This document shows, in pieces, positions 1 through 9,294 of a stretch of DNA of 28,560 nucleotides (position 1 is its first letter; every line of letters starts with the position of its first letter). The translations under genes and the position numbers were made by a program. The notes under the pieces were generated by a model. That model was not told the origin of the DNA, made no database searches, and saw only the letters and a program-made list of their open reading frames with translations. The stretch comes from Octopus sinensis (taxonomy: Eukaryota): assembly GCF_006345805.1 (NCBI RefSeq), contig NW_021833510.1, positions 1 through 28,560 on the forward strand, read 5' to 3'.

Positions 1-105
1 TTATATATATATTATTATATATATATGTATGTGTGTGTGCGTGTGTATATATGCATTGTATAAATGTATTCGTATATATGAATATAAATATTATATACTC
101 ATTTG

Positions 106-144
<39 letters not shown>

Positions 145-150
145 GTGTGG
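1..150. repeat. (TA)n/(TG)n compound microsatellite
   Basis: Directly visible dinucleotide runs; probably the internal microsatellite of the old SINE A copy that follows. Confidence 0.9.
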
Positions 151-157
151 TATATAA

Positions 158-501
158 GGTCCTTGTGTTTGTGATTTCCCCTCCCACCGTTTGACAAAGA
201 CGGGGCGGATAGCTTAAGTCTCTGTAAAGTTGTGGTTCAGCGAACGTAATCGATTGACCCGGTGTCAAACCTTAAAAAAAGTCCTGGGGTCGATTTGTTT
301 GCTCTTTTACTTGTCGAGCAAATCGACCTCAGGACTTATTCTTTGTAAGTTTAGTACTTATTCTATCGGTCTCTTATGCCGAACCGCTAAGTTACGGGGA
401 CGTAAACACACCAGCATCGGTTGTCAAGCGTTGTTGGGGGGGACAAACACAGACACACAAACATTTATACACACACACACACACACACGCACGCACACAC
501 A

Positions 502-548
<47 letters not shown>

Positions 549-790
549 CGACGGGCTTCTTTCAGTTTCCGTCTAGCAAATCCTCTTACAAGGCTTTGGT
601 CGGCCCGAGGCTATAGTAGAAGACACTTGCCCAATTTGCCACGCAGTGGGACTGAACCCGGAACCATGTGGTTGGTAAGCAAGCTACTTACCACTCAGCC
701 ACTCCTGCGCCTATAGCTACTTATCACGCAGCCACTCCTGCGCCTAAATCCTTGTTTGGCTAAATCCTTCAATGAGTGATATAAATGAAA
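158..790 (+). mobile_element. Old, degenerate SINE A 3' half, split by a younger antisense SINE A
   Basis: 160-301 follows the A 3' half (cccaccgtttgacaa...gtcctggggtcgatttgttt) and resumes at about 752 (ttgtttggctaaatccttcaa). TTGTTTG occurs at both 295-301 and 752-758, a candidate TSD. Confidence 0.6.
304..746 (-). mobile_element. SINE A, near full length (tRNA-like head, CORE-like box, internal (TG)n/(TA)n, 3' half), with a 32-bp head duplication
   Basis: The reverse complement reads taggcgcaggagtggctgagtggtaagtagcttgcttaccaaccacatggttccgggttcagtcccactgcgtggca..ttgggcaagtgtcttctactatagcc, as in the copies at 2152, 4264 and 19231. It has A-box-like TGGCnnnnTGG and B-box-like GGTTCAGTCCC motifs. 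682-713 is repeated at 715-746. Confidence 0.9.
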
Positions 791-886
791 TTTAAAAGAT
801 ATTTTGAGTTGACCATCAGCTCAAGATTGTGATGATTAGTTGCAGTATGTTTGTCTGCTTTCACCATTTATTTATTTACCTAAAGT

Positions 887-1236
887 GGAGATGCAATGTC
901 CCAGTAGTTAGGGCAGCGGACTCGCGGTCGTAGGATCGCAGTTTCGATTCTCAGACCGGGAGTGTTTATTGAGCGAAAACATCTGAAGCTGCACGACGCT
1001 CCAGCAAGAGGTGGCGGCGAATCTTGCTATGCTCTTTCACCACAACTTTATCTCAATCTTTCTTTCTGTTTCTGTTGTACATGTATTTGAAACGGCCAGC
1101 CTTGTCATACTTTGTGTCATGCTGAATCTCCCCGAGAACTACGTTAAGGGTACACGCGTCTGTGGAGTGCTCAGCAGGCTGTTCTGCTGATCGAATCAAC
1201 CGGAACCCTCCGTCGTCGTAACCGACGGAGTGCCAC
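887..1236 (+). mobile_element. SINE B (tRNA-derived head)
   Basis: Head ggagatgcaatgtcccagtagttagggcagcggactcgcggtcgtaggatcgcagtttcgattc and tail gagaactacgttaagggtacac...gtaaccgacggagtgcc; collinear with the copies at 7643-8020 and 10711-11090. Confidence 0.9.
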
Positions 1237-1449
1237 ATATACCTATATATTATTGTCGATGTCAGTTTTGGCCTTATCTTTTTTATTCGATAAAGTAAAA
1301 TGGCTATCAAGTACGGAGGTCGACAAAAAAAAGAACAAAAACAGAAAATAAAAACAAACCTGCCAGTAACTTTAATGTAAACGACTAAATGCCTTTCGTT
1401 GAAATTGCAGGCCTTGTGCTAAAATCAGAGAGTGCTATTTATGAATTTC

Positions 1450-1759
1450 GATGCTGGGAATAACTTCAATTAATCCCTGGCCCGAATTTACAGCAGTTGG
1501 AGCACTGCCACTTCGAGATAAACTCTACAGGTACAGAAGTGCTGCCAGGCAAGACTACTCGAGATGCACACAAAGCGATAACTGTCTTGCACGCACTCAT
1601 GTGCAGTGTTGGAACATCTCTGACTTGTGGAGTTACGGTGAACAGCTGCTATCCCTCATGAGATGAATCCCATTATTAGATGAATCCATCGGGAGGATCG
1701 CCCACAACGATCGTCTTACCATCGGCAAGGTGAGGAAGGCGGTGTTTTTCTGTCTAGCG
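1450..1759 (+). mobile_element. Decayed Tx1/L1-like LINE ORF2 C-terminal region (zf-RVT-like), part 1
   Basis: Translates, with frameshifts, to ALPLRDKLYRYRSAARQDYSRCTQSD..TVLHA..VQCWNISDLWSYGEQLLS..KAVFFCL, the CxxC..E-T-x-x-H..C..W pattern of L1/Tx1 ORF2 ends (family assignment from memory). Confidence 0.7.
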
Positions 1760-1904
1760 CAAGTTCTTAGCCATTTTTTTTTTTGTGTAAGGACCTCATT
1801 GTTGCCAGTTTTATTCAGATGAACCCTTATAGCCATCTGATGTTTAAAAATCGTATTATACATATATAAATAAATATTATTAGAAATCGCATTAAAGACA
1901 TATA

Positions 1905-2147
1905 CAGGTGTTCAAAAAGTCTCTCTGCAATGACTTTTTCTCACCCTGACTCTCCAAGATATATTTCAAAACAATATGTGTAGAAGAGTCAACTTATGTA
2001 TTGAAAATGAAGGACGACACTTTCAACACCTCTTATAAAGTTTTTTAAAGTCTTGTAAAGTCTAAGATATTCTTTTGTAGTCCTATACCATCTTATAAAT
2101 ATTTATTTTGCAAGAAGATACTGCGGAGAGACTTTTTGAACACCCTG
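1905..2147. mobile_element. Tc1/mariner-type MITE, 243 bp
   Basis: TIRs of about 27 bp, CAGG-TGTTCAAAAAGTCTCTCTGCA / CTGCGGAGAGACTTTTTGAACACCCTG, flanked by TA on both sides (1903-1904 and 2148-2149). Confidence 0.9.
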
Positions 2148-2151
2148 TATA

Positions 2152-2318
2152 TAGGCGCAGGCGTAGCTCTGCGGTAAGAAGCTTGCTGCCCAACAACATT
2201 GTTCTGGGTTCAGTCCCACTGCGTGGCACCTTGGGCAAGTGTTTTCTGCTTTAACCTCGCTGGGCCGACCAAAGCCTTGCCAGTGGATTTGGTAGACACG
2301 GAAATTCAGAGAAGCCCG

Positions 2319-2361
<43 letters not shown>

Positions 2362-2539
2362 ATATAATATATATATATATATATAATATATATATATATA
2401 TATTAAGGTATGTAGAAAAATACAACATGGACAAGAACGTATAACTCTTAGAAGACGATACAATAAACACGGACAGGACATTCGAAACCCTCAGTCTTCA
2501 GTCAAGAACCGGATCATCGTAGTAATTTCGGCTGATTAA

Positions 2540-2573
<34 letters not shown>

Positions 2574-2785
2574 CTTTGTGTCTGTGTTTATTCTCCTACT
2601 ATCGCTTGGCAGCCAATGTTGGTATGTTTACGTTCCCGTAACATTAGCGGTTCGGCAAAAGTGACCAATAGAACAATAGAATAAGTACCAGGCTTACAAA
2701 AGATAAATCCTGGAATCGATTTGCTCGACTAAAAGGTCGTACTCCAGCGTGGTCGCAGTCAAAGAACTGAAAGAAATAAAAGAAT
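2152..2785 (+). mobile_element. SINE A, full length, with an insert in its internal (TA)n
   Basis: taggcgcaggcgtagc...ggttcagtcccactgcgtggcaccttgggcaagtg head, internal microsatellite, and tail tccagcgtggtcgcagtcaaagaactgaaagaaataaaagaata. Confidence 0.9.
2406..2540 (-). mobile_element. Fragment of a (TA)n-embedded element (same family as 23468-24243; possibly Penelope-like)
   Basis: catggacaagaac...ggacattcgaaaccctcagtcttcagtcaagaaccggatcatc..aatttcggctgattaa matches 23494-23607; (TA)n on both sides. Strand and class are inferred. Confidence 0.7.
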
Positions 2786-2862
2786 ATATATATATAATAT
2801 ATATATATATATGTTCCACGTACTCGCGTTGTTTTGTTTTTTGTACTTTCTTGTTTGGATTA

Positions 2863-2923
<61 letters not shown>

Positions 2924-3033
2924 TGTGTTCTGTTTAGGTATAACCAATTTATTGCAGATAACTTTTAAGAATAAAATCTTATGCAGAGCTCGAAGGGTTA
3001 TGTGGATCCTGGTTGAGAATCACTGGTCTAGTG

Positions 3034-3580
3034 GTTTCCCCCGAAAGAAGCTGTGTGGTGAACGCGTCTGAAAGGATTGCGCAAAGACGCCTTCCTCTTC
3101 AGCCAAGCCTGCAACGATATTTTCAGATTTCATTTGTAAAAGAAAATGGATGTTGCAGAGAGAAATACTCTCACGCAGGGAATTTGTGAAAAAGTGAATG
3201 ACAGTGGCAAAAATGGTTAAGGTGGATGGAGCTACTCTTAAGTATGCGCCTGTAGACCAGAGAACAACGTTTGGGAAAGGGCTTATGCCCTCATCATCAT
3301 CATTGTTCGACCGTGATCGAGACAATGGAATTTACCATGCTACGCTAGACTTCACGGTCCATCATGGCATTACGGAGGTCCTGTTGCTGGATGCCTGTAT
3401 CCCTGGAGATTACATCAGGGTAGGAGAGTGTGCGCCCTCTGGTATTGCGAGTAGATGGCTTCCAGAGGAGAAGAGTAGAAATTACCTCTTTTTCAGCTCT
3501 ACAACAATGTCCAGCAAACTGGACTCTCCCACCTTTCACACGAGATGACACCCTTGGTGAGCAGGGTGATCCTGAATTTG
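3034..3580 (+). mobile_element. Decayed Tx1/L1-like LINE ORF2 end and 3' UTR, part 2
   Basis: KEAVW*TRLKGLRKDAFLFSQA..RYFRFH..KRK..SRREFVKK*MTVAKMVKVDGATL, ending near TAG 3253-3255. Joins part 1 when the hAT MITE and one TSD copy are removed. The 3' boundary is uncertain. Confidence 0.7.
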
Positions 3581-3908
3581 TGATGTTGCTTTAATAACAC
3601 TAACTGAAAACTCTCCTCTATTTCACCGTCCTCTCTCTCTCTCTCTCTCTCTTCTCTTTTTTTCTTTTCTATGAACTACTTCAAAAATTGTAAACAAAGT
3701 TTTCTAACATCCCACTCATCTGATGCCCGCCTCCGTGACAAATATACGAAGTCGTCGTTGTCGTCGTCATCTTCATCTATTTATTCAACTTTGATGCAGT
3801 TCTGTACAAAATGTGCAAGTGGCTTTGTGGTAAAGGAGCTTGTGGTGCTCGACTGACTGAATTACCTCCTCCTGAATCAACGTTTAAGTAAATAAATAAT
3901 AAATAAAT

Positions 3909-4208
3909 GGCTCTCCGTCGCTTAAGATGACGAAGGTTCCAGTTGTGAAATTAACACGCCAGTAGCTGAGTTCTCCACAGACATGCGTCCCCTTAACGCA
4001 GTTCTCACGAAGATTCAAAATGACACAGGATGTGACAAAGCAGGCCCATTTGAATTACTGGTACTACTCACTCCTTTTTGTCCGCTGAGTGGGCTGAAGC
4101 AACGTGTGATAAAGTGTCTTGCTCAAGGACTCAGTGCGCTGCCAGGAATCGAACTCACGAATTTATGACCGTGAGCTAAACACCGTAACCGCTGAGCCAT
4201 GTGCCTTC
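3909..4208 (-). mobile_element. Chimeric SINE: family-C-like head and core with a family-B tail
   Basis: Minus strand: gaaggcacatggctcagcggttacggtg...gagttcgattcctggc..tccttgagcaagacactttatcacacgttgcttcagcccactcagc (as at 21904), then gcctgctttgtcaca..gagaactgcgttaagggg..cgacggagagcc (as B). Confidence 0.75.
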
Positions 4209-4263
4209 AAAGTCTAAATAACTCGACATTTAACAGACAATTTACTTTAACGTAATTCTCGGA

Positions 4264-4442
4264 TAGGCGCAGCAGTGGCAGTGTGGTAAGAAGATTGCTT
4301 GATAACTACATGGTTCCGGGTTCAGTCCCGCTGCGTGGCACCTTGTGCAAATATCTTCTACTATAGCCTTGGGCCAACCAAAGTCTTGAATGGATTTGGT
4401 AGGTGGGAACTGAAAGAAGACCGTCTTAGGTATGTATGTATG

Positions 4443-4515
<73 letters not shown>

Positions 4516-4747
4516 ATATATATACACACACATATGAATTTGTGTGTCTGTGTTGTCCCCCGCCCATCGCTTGACAACTGATGCTGGTGTGTTTACATCC
4601 CCGTAAATTAGTGGTCCGGTAAAAGAGACTAGTAGAAAAATTACTAGGTTAACAAAGAATGAGTCCTGGGGTCAATTTGTTCGACTAAAGGCGGTACTCC
4701 AGCATGGCCACAGTCAAATGACTGAAACGAAGAAAAGAATAAAGATA
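4264..4747 (+). mobile_element. SINE A, full length
   Basis: Complete head, CORE-like box, internal (TA)/(TG) tract, and tail aaggcggtactccagcatggccacagtcaaatgactgaaacgaagaaaagaataaa. Confidence 0.92.
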
Positions 4748-4812
4748 CAGCGTTGCACAGTATGTTTGTGTTACAAAGGTGTACCTTTCTTTGCATCACA
4801 GGTATAATCCTT

Positions 4813-4979
4813 TGGATAGGCTTCCTTACAGTTTTCGTTCATCCAACTTCACTCATGAGGTATGGTTCAACTCCAGGCTACATGGATTGACGTTTGCCCG
4901 AGTTACCACGCTGTAGGATCGAACTCGGAACCTCGTGGTTGCCATGCACATCATTAAATATTTGTCCATTCTGCGCCTA
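4813..4979 (-). mobile_element. Degenerate SINE A 5' half
   Basis: ggcttccttacagttttcg...tttgcccgagttaccacgctgtaggatcgaactcggaacctcgtggttg...ctgcgccta is the diverged reverse complement of the A head. Confidence 0.7.
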
Positions 4980-5063
4980 CATAAACATATAACACACACA
5001 TCGCCCTTTCTCCCCGCTCTCTCTCTCTCTCTCTCTGTCACACAGAAACGTACACACACATTT

Positions 5064-5096
<33 letters not shown>

Positions 5097-5190
5097 GAGA
5101 GATGCATTCGTACATACATATATACATATATATATATACAGTATTATATATATGTGTGTGGGGGGGGAGAGAGAAAGAGAGAGAGAGTTC
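4980..5190. repeat. Compound (CA)/(CT)/(TA)/(GA) microsatellites
   Basis: Directly visible. Confidence 0.85.
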
Positions 5191-5489
5191 TGTAACAGCG
5201 TGGGTTATGAATAAATAAATATTTGGTCTTGTATCCATATGTATTTAGTCTCGCTGTTGAATTATGCCCAAGAGGGCCACGTTTAATACGAGTTCACATA
5301 TTTACTCATGTGTGTGTTTGTGCGCGCGCGCGCGTCTCTGTGTTTGCGTGCGTGTGTCTGTATGTTTGTTAGCCTAATCCTATACGTAAAGCTACACACA
5401 CACACACACACACACACTCAAGCACAGATCTACTCTGCGCTGTGCGTCATCGTATTAATCCAGAGTTATAAAGTTCTGCTTTTTTTTGT

Positions 5490-5560
5490 TGTTTAGCTCC
5501 AAATCAAAATGATCGCGCAGGTATATGATCAAAAGTGTTCTAGTTGTGGCCACCCTTTTT
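5490..5560 (-). mobile_element. Old interspersed repeat family E fragment
   Basis: gttgtttagctcc...gcaggtatatgatcaaaagtgttctagttgtggccacc is similar to 17840-17910 and 27365-27440. Strand inferred from the (AAC)n-like tail. Confidence 0.5.
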
Positions 5561-5763
5561 ATTATTATTATTCTTATTTTTTACACTGTTTATACCTGTT
5601 CAACATTCGATATGTTCTTATTAACAATAACAACAACTACAACAACGAAAAAACAAGATGGCGATATATGATTTGATGCAGATCACCTTATTACGTCATG
5701 TCATGTGATATGATTATGTAACTAATAATGCGAGTATATAACTAATGAAATCTATGTACGTAA

Positions 5764-6156
5764 TGTGTGGTAAGTAGTTTGCTTCCCAACCGCATGGTTT
5801 CGGGTTCAGTCCCACTGCGTGGCACCGTGGGCAAGTGTTTTTCGCAAGGCGGCGTGATGGCAGAAACGTTAGCACGCTGGGCGAAATGCGTAGCCGTATT
5901 TCGTCTGCCGTTACGTTCTGAGTCCAAATTCCGCCGAGGTTGACTTTGCTTTCATCCTTTCGGGGTCGATAAATTAAGTACCAGTTACGCACTGGGGTCG
6001 TTGTAATCGACTTAATCCGTTTGTCTGTCCTTGTTTGCCCTCTCTGTGTTTAGCCCCTTGTGGGTAATAAAGAAATAATTGTTTTCTACTATAACCTCGG
6101 GCCGACCAAAGCATTGTGAGTGGATTTGGTAGGCGGAAACTGAAAGAAGCCTGTCG
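5764..6156 (+). mobile_element. SINE A 5' half interrupted by SINE D
   Basis: The head runs to gggcaagtgttttt (about 5842) and resumes at ttttctactataacctcgggccgaccaaag (about 6080). Confidence 0.85.
5846..6077 (+). mobile_element. SINE D, young full-length copy
   Basis: aaggcggcgtgatggcagaaacgttagc...gagtccaaattcc head; central ctttcatcctttcggggtcgataaattaagtaccag (resembles, from memory, the Meta-SINE domain); tail tagccccttgtgggtaataaagaaata. Confidence 0.85.
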
Positions 6157-6522
6157 TGTGGCTGTGTGGTATGTAGCTTGCTTACCAACCACATGGGTCC
6201 GAGTTCAGTCCCATTGCGTAGCACCTTGGGTAAGTGTCTTCTCAAGAAACCCGTGGTATGTATGTATATATATATATATATGTGTGTGTGCGTGTGTGAT
6301 TGTATATGTGTGTATATGTTTGTGTGTGTTTACCCCCACCATCGCTTGACAACCGGTGCTGGTGAGTTTACGTCCCCGTAACTTAGCGGTTTGGAAAAAA
6401 GAATCCTATAAAATAAGTACTAGGCTTACAAAGAATAAGTCCTGGGTTCGATTTGTTCGACTAAAACTCTTCAAGGTGTTGCTCCTGCATGGCCGCCGTC
6501 GGATAGCTGAAAAGATAAAAAT
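6157..6522 (+). mobile_element. SINE A with an internal deletion
   Basis: Second head gtggctgtgtggtatgtagcttgcttaccaacc..., a jump from tgtcttctc to aagaaacccg, then the microsatellite and full 3' half. Confidence 0.85.
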
Positions 6523-6564
6523 ATACTCATATATGAAAATGTGCAATAATCCATTTATTACAGA

Positions 6565-6805
6565 CACAAGACTTGAAAATTTTGGTGGACGGGATCTAGC
6601 CGATTACATCGACCCTAATGCTCAAGGGTTTCTTATTTCATCAAACCCCTAGAGAATAAAAGGCAAAGTTGACCTCGGCAGAATTTGAACTCAAAACGGT
6701 GAAGACGGACGAAATGCCGGTAAGCGTTTCGTCCGGTCTGCGAGCAATTTTGCCAGCTTTAAAAAGCCTTAAAAAGTCCTTTCTACTTTAGGCACAAGGC
6801 CTCAG
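6565..6805 (-). mobile_element. Degenerate SINE D plus a further D tail
   Basis: cgattacatcgaccc...aggcaaagttgacctcggcagaatttgaactca...gaaatgccggtaagcgtttcgtccgg...tgccagc, and tttctactttaggcacaaggcc. Confidence 0.75.
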
Positions 6806-6837
6806 ATAGTGAGAGCTGTAATAAATGCGCCCGTTCT

Positions 6838-6845
6838 TGTATGTA

Positions 6846-6881
<36 letters not shown>

Positions 6882-7060
6882 GCATAAATGCATACATATA
6901 GATACACTTTTGTAAAATGTACATATATCTACATACATACACATAAACACACTCTCTCCTCCCTATATCTCTCTGTCTCTCTCTCCTTTGTCTGATCCCC
7001 CTCTCACTCTCTCGATCTATCTATCTATCTATCCATCTATCTATCTCCCCCTCTCTCTTT
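6838..7060. repeat. (TG)n, (CT)n and (TATC)n microsatellites
   Basis: Directly visible. Confidence 0.85.
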
Positions 7061-7642
7061 GTGCATGTGGTCAACAGATGTGCTTATCCAAGATATAGCG
7101 GGTGAGAATCTAGTAACCTACTGAGTGAAAGGGGACATCATTGAATCCTTTGTTTTTATGAGTGTATTTATAGCAAGTGCGCTTTGTCGGGGATCTTTAT
7201 TCCCTTATTTCACCGTACTGCTGTTTTTGTTTAACCCTAGGTAAGACCTGTTTCACCAAAACAATGATTAAACACATTCCACTAGTAATCACCCATGTTT
7301 TTACGAGCTGGGCGTTCAAGTTAACATTTTCCTCTGGTATCCTTCTTTTTAAGATGGCAGAGTGTGATCTAAGGGAGATTCAAATGATTTTTCTACAATA
7401 TCGCTTGAGCACGTTGGGGCCCCTTCATTGGTCCCCCAACTTGTTTTTGTTGCTTAGTCTCAGCACAATCTAAATTACACAAACCTCTAATCGAGAAGTT
7501 TCCAGGAGTGACTATCCCATATTTTTCCTACCTGCAGAAGGTCTACAAATTCATTGTCCAACGTGTCCCTTTTTTTTTTTGAGACATTAGGGTATTACAT
7601 ATGTATATAATACATACATACGTAAAAGAAAATATAGTAGGA

Positions 7643-8020
7643 GCACTCCGTCGGTTACGACGATGAGGGTCCCAGCTGATACGATCAACGGAACAGCTTG
7701 CTCGTGGAATTAACGTGCAAGTGGCTGAGCATTCCACAGACACGTGTACCCTTAACGTAGTTCTCGAGGAGATTCAGCGTGACACAGAGTGTGACAAGGC
7801 TGGCCCTTTGAAATACAGGTACAACAGAAACAGGAAGTAAGAGTGAGAGAAAGTTGTGGTGAAAGAGTACAGCAGGGATCACCACCATCCCCTGCCGGAG
7901 CCTCGTGGAGCTTTTAGGTGTTTTCGCTCAATAAACACTCACAATGCCCGGTCTGGGAATCGAAACCGCGATCTTATGACCGCGAGTCCGCTGCCCTAAC
8001 CACTGGGCCATTGCGCCCCC
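7643..8020 (-). mobile_element. SINE B, full length, with 16-bp TSD
   Basis: Collinear with the other B copies. Flanks AGAAAATATAGTAGGA (7627-7642) and AGAAAATACAGGAGGA (8021-8036) are 14/16 identical. Confidence 0.93.
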
Positions 8021-8144
8021 AGAAAATACAGGAGGATCAGTTAATTATGATTTTATTCAACATATTCCCCCTCTCAGATTCACACACTTATTGCAGCAGA
8101 CTTTAGGTTTTTCTAAGTCCAGGCCTATCGTGATACCCTTACAA

Positions 8145-8456
8145 CCAGGAACTTTTCAGCACGTCTTCGTATATATGTACATGTATGTGTTTGTATTTTC
8201 GTATATAAATAAATATATATATATGTATATGTGTATATATGTATGTGTTTGTATTTTCCCCTTCTCCCACATCTTGACAACCGGTGTTTTTGTTCACGTG
8301 CCTATAAGTTAGTGGTTCGGCAAAAAAGATCAATAGAATAAGTGGCAGGCTTGAAAAAAATAGATTTAATACTGGGGATGATTAAACCATCCCCCAGGCG
8401 GCGCCACCTCATGGCCGCTGTCCAATGACTGAAACAAGTAGCAAATAAAAGATAAA
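8145..8456 (+). mobile_element. Degenerate SINE A 3' half
   Basis: ttgacaaccggtg...ggttcggcaaaaaagatcaatagaataagt...catggccgctgtccaatgactgaaacaagta. Confidence 0.75.
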
Positions 8457-8794
8457 TTCTGCACGAGTAATCTAATTATTTCAAGGATCGTTAAAAAGTT
8501 ATCTACGTTTTTAAAACTGTCTGCCATTAAACTTGAAATTCGAAACAACAGCAATAAAGCAGCGTCAACTATCTCCTTAAACAAGTAAGTGTTTTTCATT
8601 AAGATGGCGACTTTTTACGTTGCGTATTCAGTTACATATCTCTTTCAATTGAGAGATGGAACTCAGAGGAAACCAGTCTGTTGTCAGTAAGTAAAAAGGG
8701 TTTGTTGAGTAGGCAGAGTTTTCAGAAGGTTTAGAGCTCGTGGGAAAATTCATTTAATCTTGAAAATTAGCCTCGTTTCTGTTGAACTACACTC

Positions 8795-8838
8795 TCTCAT
8801 CACTGTCATTTAACGTCCGTTTACATGTTGGCATGGAT
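8795..8838 (-). mobile_element. Short RTE-type 3' terminus
   Basis: catcactgtcatttaacgtccgtttacatgttggcatgg resembles, from memory, the antisense ...catgccagcatggaaaacggacgttaaatgatgatg end of cephalopod RTE-mobilised elements. Confidence 0.45.
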
Positions 8839-8839
8839 T

Positions 8840-9025
8840 TTGAAAATAATAAAGAATTTAGGAAAATAACTTTGCCATGGTTAAGCTGATGTTAGGAATA
8901 TAAATTAACATGAAATTGAAGCTTTCAATTCAGATAACTTGAAATTGAAAAAGCAGGAAGTTTGTATCAGAACTCGGGGCTGTTTCAAGCTGATTGATAT
9001 CAAAAGCGTTGTATCAAAGGGTTCG
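8840..9025. mobile_element. Degenerate end of a piggyBac-like (TTAA) MITE
   Basis: Ends in gatatcaaaagcgtt-gtatcaaagggtt, resembling an ...AAAGGG|TTAA terminus. The other end is not seen. Confidence 0.35.
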
Positions 9026-9294
9026 AATCACATTTGTACAGGCTCCTCCGCTGTCTTCAGCCTTTGTATCTATTCCCATAGATGGAATTGAACTCCGTAT
9101 ATCAAGAAGTTGTGGCACTTATTAGTTTTGAAATGCTGCTACTGCCCACAGTGCCGAATGTTGCCCTAAACCCGTTTATTTTTTATACTATGTGGTACCT
9201 AGTTGCAGTTAGAGGGCCTGAGTAACTCGTGTGTTGAATGTCGAGTGCGGTGCAGCCTCAGAGGAAAAGGAAATAAACCGTCAATCTAAACTCG

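Larger units (their letters stand above)
1760..3025. mobile_element. hAT (Charlie-like) MITE carrying nested insertions
   Basis: Degenerate left TIR caagttcttagccattttt at 1760; right TIR ggttgagaatcactg at 3011-3025; 8-bp TSD GTCTAGCG (1752-1759) / GTCTAGTG (3026-3033). The body resembles the copies at 19123 and 21805. Confidence 0.8.

Noticed and set aside
3198-3548. 116-aa ORF with normal-looking composition
   Set aside because: It begins in the frameshifted Tx1-like ORF2 tail and runs into the LINE 3' UTR; not an independent gene.
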